In this document: positions 20,793-30,511 of the stretch, piece after piece | Layout: each line of letters opens with the position of its first letter | Position numbering within the stretch: position 1 is the stretch's first letter | Assembly: GCA_043805415.1 (NCBI GenBank) | Contig: JAZDHZ010000039.1 | Coordinates: 14,554-78,553 of the forward strand | DNA from: Candidatus Omnitrophota bacterium | GTDB taxonomy: Bacteria; Omnitrophota; Gorgyraeia; B26-G9 | DNA length: 64,000 nt | Direction: 5' to 3' | Position numbers and translations under genes: made by a program | Notes under the pieces: model-generated | The model's input: only the letters and a program-made list of their open reading frames with translations | Told to the model about the DNA's origin: nothing | Database searches by the model: none

Positions 20793-21721
20793 AGTGTATT
20801 GATGGTATAAAATTTGTGTTTCGTTCAAGAGGGCTAAAAAAAGGGCTTGCCAGAATATGGTTTATTCTGCGGCGGTTCGGCTTTACGCCTTTTAAACAGG
20901 TAAAATGTCTGAAATACTATATAGCATTACTGCGAAAATATCAGATAAGAGCAAACTTTTTTATCCCTGCTGTGATCATAAAAAAATACAGCAAAACGAT
21001 AAAGGGGTTAAACGCGGATAGTATAGAATGGGGTATTCATTCTGACGCGCATACTGATCTGTCCGTGTTAAGTGAAAATGAGCAAAAACAGCATGTTTCG
21101 AACGCGATAGAAATTTTCGATAGGCTCGCGATCCCTTTTTTGGGGTTTCGCGCGCCCTATTTAAAGATCAATGAAAAAACCCTGGAGGTTTTAGCCCAAG
21201 AGAAGAGATTTCTCTATGATAGTAGTTGGACCGTATTGTGGGAGCAGATCTATGATGAAAGAAGATATTCTTATTCCTGGGCAGCAAATTTTTATAAACC
21301 AAAACTTAGCTGTTTGCAAAAGTCAAAGCCGTTTAAGGTGAATAGTATTTTGGAAATACCTGTGTCTTTGCCTGATGATGATATTTTAGTAGATAGAGAT
21401 AAAATGGATGTACAAGAAGTGTCGCGAATGTGGAGCCAAATGCTTGAAGCATGTGTTAAAAGAAATGAATTGTTCGTATTGCAGCTTCATCCTGAACGTA
21501 TATTTGATGTTGCTGAAGCATTGGAAGATTTGATAAAAAAAGCGAAAACATTTGATCCTCCGATATGGATCACCACTTTAGGTGATATTGCCAAATGGCA
21601 TAAAGATGAGTTTGATAATAATAAGCCTTGGCCTGATCCTTATGAGGCGGCATTATGTATCAGCGGCGATATTGATACATTGACAATATTTGATTTTCTC
21701 GATAGACTGAGAACGTGGTAA
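20789..21721 (+). CDS. Polysaccharide deacetylase (CE4/NodB fold)
   Basis: ANFFIP, EWGIHSDAH, GFRAPYL, YDSS, LEIPVS, LQLHPE. Confidence 0.8.
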   Translation: MKCIDGIKFVFRSRGLKKGLARIWFILRRFGFTPFKQVKCLKYYIALLRKYQIRANFFIPAVIIKKYSKTIKGLNADSIEWGIHSDAHTDLSVLSENEQKQHVSNAIEIFDRLAIPFLGFRAPYLKINEKTLEVLAQEKRFLYDSSWTVLWEQIYDERRYSYSWAANFYKPKLSCLQKSKPFKVNSILEIPVSLPDDDILVDRDKMDVQEVSRMWSQMLEACVKRNELFVLQLHPERIFDVAEALEDLIKKAKTFDPPIWITTLGDIAKWHKDEFDNNKPWPDPYEAALCISGDIDTLTIFDFLDRLRTW

Positions 21722-21775
21722 AACTATTTAAAAACATTTTATTCATTAACATTTACTTTAAAATTCATTAATTTT

Positions 21776-22420
21776 ATGAATGGAAATAAATTCCAGCTTA
21801 TAATAAAAAAGGTCATTGACATATTACTCGGGTGTGTATTGTTAGTATTAACAGCGCCGGTTTTTATTATTATAGCCGCGGCGATTAAGCTTAATTCTAA
21901 AGGTAAGGTGATCTTTAAGCAAGAGCGGATTGGAAAAAATAGAAAAAAGTTTAATTTTTATAAATTTCGCACTATGGATGAAAACTGCGGCGATACACTG
22001 CACAGAAAAACCATACATTTTTTAATGACTAATGATATTCAACAGGTCAAGGCCAAGAAAGAATTATTTAAATCCGCGGATGATCCGAGAGTGACTGCTG
22101 TGGGTAAATTCCTGCGTAAGTGCAGTTTGGATGAATTGCCGCAGCTTTTTAATGTTATAAAAGGCCAGATGAGTTTGGTCGGGCCAAGGCCGGCTATTGA
22201 GTATGAACTGGAGTATTATGATGAAATTATGCTCAAAAGATTCTCGGTTATGCCCGGCATAACCGGTTTGTGGCAGATAAGCAGCTGTCCAAAATTTAAT
22301 TATCGGCAAATGGTTAAAATGGATCTATTTTATATTAAAAACTGGTCACTGCTGCTGGATCTTAAGATTTTTTTAAAAACTTTCTTAGTTGTTTTTAAAA
22401 AAAGAGGAGTAACTCTCTAG
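21776..22420 (+). CDS. Initiating phosphoglycosyl (sugar) transferase
   Basis: KKVIDI, FKQERIG, YKFRTM, DPRVT, SLDELPQLFNV, SLVGPRP, PGITGLWQ. Confidence 0.93.
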   Translation: MNGNKFQLIIKKVIDILLGCVLLVLTAPVFIIIAAAIKLNSKGKVIFKQERIGKNRKKFNFYKFRTMDENCGDTLHRKTIHFLMTNDIQQVKAKKELFKSADDPRVTAVGKFLRKCSLDELPQLFNVIKGQMSLVGPRPAIEYELEYYDEIMLKRFSVMPGITGLWQISSCPKFNYRQMVKMDLFYIKNWSLLLDLKIFLKTFLVVFKKRGVTL

Positions 22421-22428
22421 AAAATGAG

Positions 22429-23442
22429 GTGAAAATGGTTAATGTCGGATTGATTGGTTATGGTTATTGGGGGCCGAATTTAGCTAGAAATGTTTATGGG
22501 GATTTTGACTGCGAACTTAAATGGGTTTGCGATGTATCCGCAAGCCATTTAAAGTTATGTAAAAAGCGATACCCGCATGTTGAGGTTACCAGAGACTATA
22601 CGCGGCTGCTTAAAGATAAAACATTAGACGCGGTGGTCATATCTACCCCTTTCTTAACGCATTATGAAATAGCCAAAAAAGCGCTTTTAGCGGGAAAACA
22701 TGTTTTAATCGAAAAGCCCTTTGTGCACAGCATTAAAATGGGGGAAGAACTTATTAATATCGCAAAGAAAAACAAACTTGTTCTTATGATTGGATTCACG
22801 TTTTTGTATAGTCCTCCTGTGTTGAAAATAAAAAAGTTAATTTCCGATAAAGAATTAGGGCCGATCATGTATATTAATTCTACCCGGGTCCACTTTGGAC
22901 ATTTAAAACAGAAAGAAAGCGTGGTTGGTGATCTAGCCTCACATGATCTATCCATCATCTTATTCTGGCTGAAATTTAAAAAATGCCTGGTTAGCTGCTC
23001 CGGAAGCGATGGTTTTAAGCGGGGCGCTCCTGATACAGCTTATATTGAACTTAAGATGCCGAATGGGGCAGGTGTTTATATATTTGTGAGCTGGCTTGCT
23101 CCGATCAGAATGCGTAATATGTTAATTACAGGCAAGAAGAAGATGGTGTTTTTTAATGATACAAGGAACACAGAAAAAATTAAAATTTATGATCAGAGCG
23201 CGCATATCGCGAATCCAACTAGTTTTGGTGAATATCAGCTTACCTATAGAAAAGGAGATATAAACTCGCCCTATTTAGACGCGGATGAGCCATTGGCTAA
23301 GGAAATAAGTGATTTTGCGACTAGTATTAAGCAGTCTAAATCTCCGCGAAGTGACGGGCAGTTAGGCTTAAAAGTGATTAAGCTGCTTGAGGGAGCACAA
23401 TTATCCTTAAAAAAACAAAAGACTGTGAGCGTGGAATTGTGA
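22429..23442 (+). CDS. Gfo/Idh/MocA oxidoreductase (nucleotide-sugar dehydrogenase, WbpB-like)
   Basis: IGYGYWGPNLARN, GKHVLIEKP, DLASHD, VSWLAP. Confidence 0.88.
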   Translation: MKMVNVGLIGYGYWGPNLARNVYGDFDCELKWVCDVSASHLKLCKKRYPHVEVTRDYTRLLKDKTLDAVVISTPFLTHYEIAKKALLAGKHVLIEKPFVHSIKMGEELINIAKKNKLVLMIGFTFLYSPPVLKIKKLISDKELGPIMYINSTRVHFGHLKQKESVVGDLASHDLSIILFWLKFKKCLVSCSGSDGFKRGAPDTAYIELKMPNGAGVYIFVSWLAPIRMRNMLITGKKKMVFFNDTRNTEKIKIYDQSAHIANPTSFGEYQLTYRKGDINSPYLDADEPLAKEISDFATSIKQSKSPRSDGQLGLKVIKLLEGAQLSLKKQKTVSVEL

Positions 23443-24068
23443 ACAATATGATCTATGAAAATGTGAGTATCGGTAAAAACACAATTACAGATACTCCCTG
23501 CATTTTAGGCATGCCGCCAAGAGGAAAAACCCCAGGTCAATTACCATTAAAAATCGGCGCGAATTCGCGGATTAGGTCATTTACTGTTATTTACGCGAAC
23601 ACGAAAATCGGTAGAAATTTTGAGACTGGAATAAGGACAACTATTAGAGAAGATAATATTATCGGTAATAATGTCAGGATCGGTACGTCCAGCATATTGG
23701 AATGGGGAAATAGGATCGGTAATAATGTTAGAATTCATAGCAGATGTTTTTTAGAAATGGCACGTATAGAAGATGATGTTTTTGTTGGCCCCGGGGTTAT
23801 AATGACAGATGATATTCATCCGCCTTGCCCGAAGTATAATTTGTGTAAAGCAGGCGTAGTGATCAGAAAAAACGCAAAGATCGGGGCGGGAGCGATATTG
23901 CTGCCAGGGGTTAAGATCGGAAGAAATGCTTTGATCGGAGCAGGCTCTGTGGTGACAAAAGATGTTAAGGCTAATGAAGTAGTCGCGGGTAATCCGGCCA
24001 AAGTTATAAAAAAAATCAAAGATCTAAAATGTATAAAAGGGTATTTTTCCAGGCCATACAACTGGTAG
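23439..24068 (+). CDS. Hexapeptide-repeat acetyltransferase (WbpD-like)
   Basis: Hexapeptide repeats, IGAGAILLPGV, GAGSVVTKDV, VVAGNPAK. Confidence 0.88.
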   Translation: MNNMIYENVSIGKNTITDTPCILGMPPRGKTPGQLPLKIGANSRIRSFTVIYANTKIGRNFETGIRTTIREDNIIGNNVRIGTSSILEWGNRIGNNVRIHSRCFLEMARIEDDVFVGPGVIMTDDIHPPCPKYNLCKAGVVIRKNAKIGAGAILLPGVKIGRNALIGAGSVVTKDVKANEVVAGNPAKVIKKIKDLKCIKGYFSRPYNW

Positions 24069-24119
24069 AATCTGCATTATTAATGGGTTGAGCATTATAG
24101 GTTTTTTTGGAGGCTGATC

Positions 24120-24824
24120 ATGAAGCGTGTACTGGCTGCTGTTTTCCTGATATATATTTTTATAAGCTGTTTATCGGCTCAGTGTCTGGCGGTTGACTCT
24201 TATGAAGGGAGTTTTACTTATATTATCGGCCCGGGAGATGAGCTGGAAATAAAGGTTTGGCGTCACCCTGATTTAACAACCGAGGTAAGAGTAAGACCGG
24301 ACGGTAAGATTTCATTTCCTTTAATCAATGAGATTTTCGCGGCCAATCTTACCCCGGAACAGCTAAAACAAAAAATAGCGCGAGATATTAGTAATACCAT
24401 AAGAGATCCGAATATTATCGTAAATGTAAAAAGTTTTAAGAGCAAGAAGATCTTTGTCTTGGGAGAAGTTAATATTCCGGGAGTATATCCATATGAAGGA
24501 CGAGCCACGGTATTAGAAGCGATCAGCAAGGCGGCTGGTTATAAAAAGGACACCGCGGCTTTAAAAAGTGTAATTATTATAAGCAGAGGTTATACCTCAA
24601 AGCCGGAGGCTAAGCGCGTAAATGTTTGGGATATTATCCATTCCGCGAAAGTTGAAAATGATATAGTGCTCGATGCCGGAGATGTTGTTTTTGTTCCGAC
24701 TACATTTATTGCCGACGTGAACACTTTTATTGATCAGTTTTTTACTAAAACAGATCCTGTTTTAAAATATTATCTGGACATTATTGATATTGATCAGAGA
24801 ACTCCAGCAGGGAGATCGCGATAG
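24120..24824 (+). CDS. Polysaccharide export protein (Wza/OPX family)
   Basis: Signal peptide, YIIGPGDEL, VRPDGKISFPLI, VLGEVNIPGVY, SLBB domain. Confidence 0.9.
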   Translation: MKRVLAAVFLIYIFISCLSAQCLAVDSYEGSFTYIIGPGDELEIKVWRHPDLTTEVRVRPDGKISFPLINEIFAANLTPEQLKQKIARDISNTIRDPNIIVNVKSFKSKKIFVLGEVNIPGVYPYEGRATVLEAISKAAGYKKDTAALKSVIIISRGYTSKPEAKRVNVWDIIHSAKVENDIVLDAGDVVFVPTTFIADVNTFIDQFFTKTDPVLKYYLDIIDIDQRTPAGRSR

Positions 24825-26233
24825 TGAGTGGAGTAATAATAAGTACTTTTAAAAGAAGAAAATTTTTTATAATCGTATTATTTTTTGGCTTAGTTGTTTA
24901 TTCAACAGCTAAGGAACTATATGACGGTTATTATGAAGCAAAGACTGTTATCATGATCGATTATAAAAAAAGTCCTACTTCGGCTGAAAGCAGTTATCAA
25001 ATGGCTGAACAAGTAGTTGGAGCCGTAATGGTAAATATGCAGCTGCTTAAAAGTCCTGAGGTTTTAAGGAGTGTAGTGGAAGATCTGCGCTTATATGAAG
25101 AGGTAAAAGACTTTGTTAAGTTTGCCGGATTCAAATTTGACCGGCCCAAAAGCAGAGAAAATAAAATAAGAATAATGCAGGAAATATTGGATAAGAAATT
25201 GATAAAAGTAACATCCGCGCCGTTCACAAATATTATTAATATCACGGTTAGACATAAAAAAGCGGAAGTAGCGGCAGATGCAGCGAATACTTTAGTTAAT
25301 AATTATAAAAAATGGGTTGTGGAGCTTAGTCATCGCGAAGTTGATACATTGATTGAGTATTTAAACCGCGAAGTTACGCTTGCTTTTTCAAAGCTGAAAG
25401 AGTCAGAGGAAGAATTAAGGAAATTCGAGGAAAAAAATAAAATAGTTTATTTGCCGCGGGAAATGGATGATTATATTAAAAAAAAGGAGGGTTTGGAAGA
25501 GAAATTACAACAGTCCCAGATAGAAGAGGACGCGGTCATTGATCAAATAAAGCTGTTAAAAAATAAACTTAATACCCTGACCGATAGCAAAAGTGATAAG
25601 GTTGCCAAAACGACATATTCTGTTACAGCGGTTAATAATCCTATTATTCAAGCTTATGAAGAACAATTAATGTCTCTTAAGATAGAGATGAGCCGTTTAA
25701 AAGAACTTTATGCTGATGAAAGCATTCAAGTAAGATATATGCAGGCGAGAATTATTGATCTTGAGGTAAAGATTGATAAAACTATCGTTCAGCTGTTTAA
25801 ATCGGAATTTTCTTTAGCGACTCTAAATCCGGTGTACGAAGAATTGGTCATGGAGATAATGCGGAAAGAGACGGAGGCTGTTTTTGTAAAAGCGGAAAAA
25901 GCAGTTATCATCAAATCTTTAGCGCTGCATGAAGATAAACTCAAAAGCTTTCCGCAAAAGCAGATGGAATTAGCAAGCTTGAACCGCCAGGTAAAATATC
26001 AGGAGGAAGTATATTTTTTATTGCTGGAAGAACAGAAGAAGGCACAGCTTCTCAGAACAAAAGACACCAGAGAAGACATAAAATTAATCGCCCCTGCCTT
26101 GGTACCTTTAAAAACTAATTTTAGATTTATTAAAACATTAGTAAGATGGTTTTTCGCTTTTTTATTTTCCGTGTTTTTTGCTTTTATTTTAGATCTTAAG
26201 AGGCTATGCGGTGCTTATTCTGGAAAAAATTAG
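24824..26233 (+). CDS. Polysaccharide co-polymerase (GumC/Wzc periplasmic part, no kinase domain)
   Basis: Two flanking TMs, LLKSPEVL..VV, AADAANTL, long coiled coil, APALVP before the last TM. Confidence 0.8.
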   Translation: MSGVIISTFKRRKFFIIVLFFGLVVYSTAKELYDGYYEAKTVIMIDYKKSPTSAESSYQMAEQVVGAVMVNMQLLKSPEVLRSVVEDLRLYEEVKDFVKFAGFKFDRPKSRENKIRIMQEILDKKLIKVTSAPFTNIINITVRHKKAEVAADAANTLVNNYKKWVVELSHREVDTLIEYLNREVTLAFSKLKESEEELRKFEEKNKIVYLPREMDDYIKKKEGLEEKLQQSQIEEDAVIDQIKLLKNKLNTLTDSKSDKVAKTTYSVTAVNNPIIQAYEEQLMSLKIEMSRLKELYADESIQVRYMQARIIDLEVKIDKTIVQLFKSEFSLATLNPVYEELVMEIMRKETEAVFVKAEKAVIIKSLALHEDKLKSFPQKQMELASLNRQVKYQEEVYFLLLEEQKKAQLLRTKDTREDIKLIAPALVPLKTNFRFIKTLVRWFFAFLFSVFFAFILDLKRLCGAYSGKN

Positions 26234-27698
26234 ACCTGGCAGCGGCTTCCTGCAGGCATTATTGGCGGGATTGTTTCTTTTTATCGGCATTGGCCTTATC
26301 TATTGTGATTTATGGGGATTAGGGCTCGGGCTTATTCTTGGAGTTATCGGGCTGTTCTTTATTTATTGGGATGTAAAAAAAACAGTCCTTTTCTTGATAG
26401 TATTAGCTCCTATTTCCAGATTTCCTTATTTGACCGAGCATCTCGCAGTCATTAAATTCATACTGTTTAGTGTGGTTTTTATAGCGTGGTTGATTAAAAA
26501 AGAATTTAAAATTAAGGATCTATTGCTCAGCACTCCTCTAACAATAATTTTTGCCGTATTTTCCCTTTTAATTCTAATAAACATGTCGATTGCTTCTAAT
26601 TTTGCTTACGCGTTGCCGATAGTTATTACTCATTTTATAGGATTTTCATTTTTTTATGTATTCATAGATTTGTTTCATGATGAAGATTTTTTAAAAAAAG
26701 CATTTAACTTCATGCTGATTTTAGGTGTGCTTATTGGTTTGCTCGCGTGCCTGCAATATTTCATAGTGAAATACAGGATATTTCTTAATATAATGAGTAT
26801 TTTTCTGCCTAAAAGTTTTGACATTGGATTACAGTTACAGCCTATGTATCAATTTTCTCAACAGGGATTTCGGAGTATCGGGACTTTTTTCCATGCTAAT
26901 ATGTTAGGGATATATTTGTCTATGATTTTCCCTTTGAACCTGGTATTTTTAATCACTGCCTCAAAAAAATGGAAGAAACTGTTTTTAACAATAGGGTTGA
27001 TCTTAATTGTTTCAGGCATATTTTTCAGTAATTCAAAAGGGGCAGCTTTGAATATACTGATCAGCTTAACATTCATCATAATAGTTTTTAGGAAAAAGAT
27101 ATCTAAAGCCTGGCTATTCTCGGTTTTAGGGATTTTTCTCGTAATATTGTTTTTCTACTACAACAATTTCCAAACATATTACCGGATTAGCCAGGGGATT
27201 AGCTCCAGACAAATAATTTGGCATAATTCAGTCAGCTTATTAATCGAAAGGCCTTTCTGGGGATGCGGATTGGGAAATTTTTTTAATGAATACGTAGGCA
27301 GGTTTGGATTGATTAGCCTGAAGGATTTTAGAATAGCATTAGCAAGTATTGTGATCGATAGAAATATGTCGATTTTACAATCCTATACCGGCCATAATGT
27401 TTTTTTAAATTACGCGGTGGAAATGGGAATATTCGGGGCAGGCTTAATAGGATATTTTTATTTTCTCTATTTAAAATTATGCTTTAACTGCTTGAAGCTA
27501 AGAGGCATTATGAATGATTTTGACTTTGAGATATTAGTCGCTTGTACTGCCATGGGCATGGGTAATTTCGCGCATAGTTTTTTCGAAACAATAACAAATT
27601 TTTATGCTTTATCGCTGTCTTTTCCGTTTATAATTATGATCGCGGGCGGGATGTGGATAGTTTCTAAATATAAAACACGGACACTTACTGACAAATGA
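26211..27698 (+). CDS. Wzy polymerase / O-antigen ligase family membrane protein
   Basis: Many TMs, RSIGTFFHANMLG, SNSKGA, RQIIW, PFWGCGLGNF, HNVFLNYAVEMGIFG. Confidence 0.85.
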   Translation: MLILEKIRPGSGFLQALLAGLFLFIGIGLIYCDLWGLGLGLILGVIGLFFIYWDVKKTVLFLIVLAPISRFPYLTEHLAVIKFILFSVVFIAWLIKKEFKIKDLLLSTPLTIIFAVFSLLILINMSIASNFAYALPIVITHFIGFSFFYVFIDLFHDEDFLKKAFNFMLILGVLIGLLACLQYFIVKYRIFLNIMSIFLPKSFDIGLQLQPMYQFSQQGFRSIGTFFHANMLGIYLSMIFPLNLVFLITASKKWKKLFLTIGLILIVSGIFFSNSKGAALNILISLTFIIIVFRKKISKAWLFSVLGIFLVILFFYYNNFQTYYRISQGISSRQIIWHNSVSLLIERPFWGCGLGNFFNEYVGRFGLISLKDFRIALASIVIDRNMSILQSYTGHNVFLNYAVEMGIFGAGLIGYFYFLYLKLCFNCLKLRGIMNDFDFEILVACTAMGMGNFAHSFFETITNFYALSLSFPFIIMIAGGMWIVSKYKTRTLTDK

Positions 27699-28948
27699 AA
27701 ATTTCCCATAATATTAAATCTATTTTTCAAAACAGTTTTTGGATTTTTCTTTCAAAGATTATAATCCCTGCTTGTTTTTTTATTTTAACCGTGGTGATCG
27801 CCCGAAGGCTTGGCGCTTATGCTTTGGGGAATTGTGCTTTTGTTTTAACTTTATTTTATGTCTTCGAGCTCATTTGCTGTTTAGGGATGGATAATCTGGT
27901 TATAAGAGAAGTAGCTAATGATAATCAAATTGCTGAAAAGTTCCTGTCTTCCGGAGTGATCATAGGATTTTTTTCCGCTTTTGTTTGTTATTTTTTAATG
28001 GTGGGAATTACTTTTATCGGACAGTATCCCTTATTGACAAAAAAGTTAATTTTTATCATTGGCGTCGGCTTGTTTCCGGGGTTTATTAATTATTTAGCCG
28101 AGTCGATATTTATCGGGCTGGAAAAATCCAAATACCTTTTTTTTGGTGTGCTTATAAAAGCAATCGGGATATTGCTCTTTAGTTTATTCTTTGTACTTAT
28201 TGGGTGGAAACTCTATGGGGTTATGTTAGCGATAGTTATCGGCTACATCCTATCAGCTGTTTTTTTGATTGGTTGTTTCCTGCGTGAAAAAATAAAAATT
28301 GATAAAATCATAGATAAAGAATTTATAAAAAAGTTTAAGGATGTTTTTTCCACATTTTTTTTGATAAATATTTTAGTCAGTATTTTTTATGCTGTTGATA
28401 TTATTATTATTTCTAAAATCGTTAGCATTGAAGATGTGGGTATTTATAGCATCGCTAAAAGGGCGGTTCGCATGGGGTTTGTGTTTGTCTTTAGTATTGT
28501 TACCGCTTTATTTCCAATTATCTCTAAAACAATTTTTTCTAAAAGAAATGATTTCCGGATAATTTACGGAAAATCATTAAGGTTGATTTTTCTTCTGAGT
28601 TTTGGTTTAACGATGATTCTAATATTGATCTCAGCGCCTTTTATTTTGTTTGTGTACGGAGACGCTTACTCTAAGGCTATACAGCTATTTAGAATATTGT
28701 CGTGTAATATAATTTTTTTAAGTTTGTCATTTCTTTTTTCGCGCTTTATAATTTCTGCCGGGCAGCAATCAAAGGATCTGCTGGCATTAGGATTGAGTTT
28801 GGGATGTCTGTTTATCTTAGCGCCGGTTTTTACTTATAAATGGGGGATTACAGGCATGGCTTACGCGAGTTTAATCGCGCAGATTATTTTATGCGGCATA
28901 CATTATTATATATTAAAACAGTATGTAATCGTAAATTTAAAGGAGTGA
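27695..28948 (+). CDS. Wzx flippase
   Basis: About 12 TMs, IARRLG, LVIREVA, VDIIIISKI..VGIYSIA, WGITGMAYA. Confidence 0.88.
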   Translation: MKISHNIKSIFQNSFWIFLSKIIIPACFFILTVVIARRLGAYALGNCAFVLTLFYVFELICCLGMDNLVIREVANDNQIAEKFLSSGVIIGFFSAFVCYFLMVGITFIGQYPLLTKKLIFIIGVGLFPGFINYLAESIFIGLEKSKYLFFGVLIKAIGILLFSLFFVLIGWKLYGVMLAIVIGYILSAVFLIGCFLREKIKIDKIIDKEFIKKFKDVFSTFFLINILVSIFYAVDIIIISKIVSIEDVGIYSIAKRAVRMGFVFVFSIVTALFPIISKTIFSKRNDFRIIYGKSLRLIFLLSFGLTMILILISAPFILFVYGDAYSKAIQLFRILSCNIIFLSLSFLFSRFIISAGQQSKDLLALGLSLGCLFILAPVFTYKWGITGMAYASLIAQIILCGIHYYILKQYVIVNLKE

Positions 28949-28949
28949 T

Positions 28950-30077
28950 ATGAAAGTAGACTTTATAAATTTAAAAAAACAAAACGCTTGTTTGAGTAAG
29001 CAATTGCTTGGAGCTGTAAAAGAGGTGATAGCATCCACGGAATTTATTTTAGGTGAGCAGGTGCGGCTTTTTGAAAAGGAATTCGCCGAATATTGCGGCG
29101 CGAATTATGGGATAGGAGTTAGTTCCGGTACTGACGCTTTATTTTTAACCCTGCTTAGCCTGGGAATTGGAAAAGGAGACGAGGTCATCTGCCCTGTTTT
29201 TACTTATATCGCGACAGCGCTTAGTATTTCTTATACAGGCGCTAAACCGGTGTTTGTTGATATTGGAAAACAGTCTTTTAATATTGATGCTGAGCAGATA
29301 GAGAAAAAAATAACAAAAAAAACAAAGGCAATTATAGTAGTGCATCTTTACGGCCAAGCGGCAAACATGGCACCGATACTTAAGCTGGCGAAAAAATATA
29401 AACTAAAGGTTATTGAAGACTGTGCTCAGGCTCATGGAGCGGCATGGCGCAGCAGCAATGGTAAGTGGCAGAGGGTCGGGGCAATTGGCGATGCCGGCTG
29501 TTTCAGTTTTTATCCGACTAAAAATTTAGGCGCTTGCGGGGATGCCGGCATAGTGCTGACTAATAGTAATATTGTTAGAAAAAGGCTGCTTGTGCTGCGG
29601 GATCAGGGAAGAAAGGGTAAGAGTAGAAATTTGCATTATATTAAGGGGTATAACTGCCGATTAGATTCAATCCAGGCCGCGATGCTGAGGGTTAAATTGA
29701 AAAATTTGGATAAATATAATAAATTAAGGGTACAAAAAGCTGACTATTATAGCAGGCTTCTAAAAAATCATCCAGGCATTATAGTGCCTTTTCAGCAGGA
29801 TTACAGTAAAGATGTATATTATAATTATAGTGTATTGGTAAACAGCAGAAACCGGATTAAAAACGAACTTTTGAAAAAAGGCGTTCATACCAGTATTAAT
29901 TTTTCTCCGGCGCTGCATTTACAAAGAGCTTATAAGGAATTAGCGCATAAAAAAAACGATTTCCCCCAAGCGGAAAAGGCAGCCCGAGAAATTTTATGTC
30001 TGCCGCTGTATCCGGAATTGCCTGACGCATCCGTGAAGTATGTCGCGGAAAATTTAAAAATTGCCGCGCGGAACTAG
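28950..30077 (+). CDS. DegT/DnrJ/EryC1/StrS PLP aminotransferase
   Basis: VSSGTDAL, VHLYGQ, IEDCAQAHGA, FSFYPTKNLGACGDAG, NCRLDSIQAA. Confidence 0.95.
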   Translation: MKVDFINLKKQNACLSKQLLGAVKEVIASTEFILGEQVRLFEKEFAEYCGANYGIGVSSGTDALFLTLLSLGIGKGDEVICPVFTYIATALSISYTGAKPVFVDIGKQSFNIDAEQIEKKITKKTKAIIVVHLYGQAANMAPILKLAKKYKLKVIEDCAQAHGAAWRSSNGKWQRVGAIGDAGCFSFYPTKNLGACGDAGIVLTNSNIVRKRLLVLRDQGRKGKSRNLHYIKGYNCRLDSIQAAMLRVKLKNLDKYNKLRVQKADYYSRLLKNHPGIIVPFQQDYSKDVYYNYSVLVNSRNRIKNELLKKGVHTSINFSPALHLQRAYKELAHKKNDFPQAEKAAREILCLPLYPELPDASVKYVAENLKIAARN

Positions 30078-30110
30078 CTGGAAGCCAGCCGCAAGGTTAT
30101 GTCCGGGAAC

Positions 30111-30139
30111 TTGCTTTTTATGCTCAGATATGATATGTT
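30111..30139 (+). promoter_or_regulatory. Promoter of tRNA-Ser
   Basis: TTGCTT-17 bp-TATGTT with extended TG, 26 bp upstream of the tRNA. Confidence 0.55.
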
Positions 30140-30165
30140 AGGCAATGTCAATTAGCGTATATCGC

Positions 30166-30253
30166 GGAGGAATGGCTGAGCGGTCGAAAGCGGCGGTCTT
30201 GAAAACCGTTGTACTGCAAGGTACCGTGGGTTCGAATCCTACTTCCTCCGCCA
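30166..30253 (+). tRNA. tRNA-Ser (anticodon UGA)
   Basis: Acceptor GGAGGAA/TTCCTCC, discriminator G, encoded CCA, anticodon arm GCGGT-CTTGAAA-ACCGT, long variable arm GTAC-TGCAAG-GTAC, GGTTCGAATCC. Confidence 0.97.
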
Positions 30254-30262
30254 GAAATAATG

Positions 30263-30292
30263 CCCCTGAGTATTTTACTCAGGGGTTTTTTT
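30263..30292 (+). terminator. Intrinsic terminator after tRNA-Ser
   Basis: CCCCTGAGTA-TTT-TACTCAGGGG followed by T7. Confidence 0.85.
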
Positions 30293-30299
30293 ATTGTAC

Positions 30300-30504
30300 G
30301 AGGAAGTAGGATGAGAACCCAAAAAGGGGTATTGAAGGGGAAAGACTGTTTCCCCTTCTCGGCGAGATGCGCTTGCCTGCGGAAGGAAGGGGTATCTAAG
30401 GGGAAACTATAAGAGTTTCCCTTTAGGGAGTGAGTGGACCGCAGCGAAGCGAAGGGAAACGACACGACGGGTTCGGCGAAGCGAAATTCCTACTTCCTCC
30501 GCCA
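30300..30504. repeat. Structured element bounded by an inverted (30300-30320) and a direct (30488-30504) copy of the tRNA-Ser 3' end, with two REP-like hairpins
   Basis: GAGGAAGTAGGATGAGAACCC is a 19/21 match to the reverse complement of the tRNA T-arm/acceptor. TCCTACTTCCTCCGCCA is identical to 30237-30253. Hairpins at 30334-30358 and 30396-30426. Confidence 0.85.
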
Positions 30505-30511
30505 TTTTTCG

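Noticed and set aside
30254-30504. Prophage or integrative island defined by the 17-bp tRNA 3' duplication
   Set aside because: Only about 250 bp lie between the copies, and no integrase or phage genes are seen in the window.
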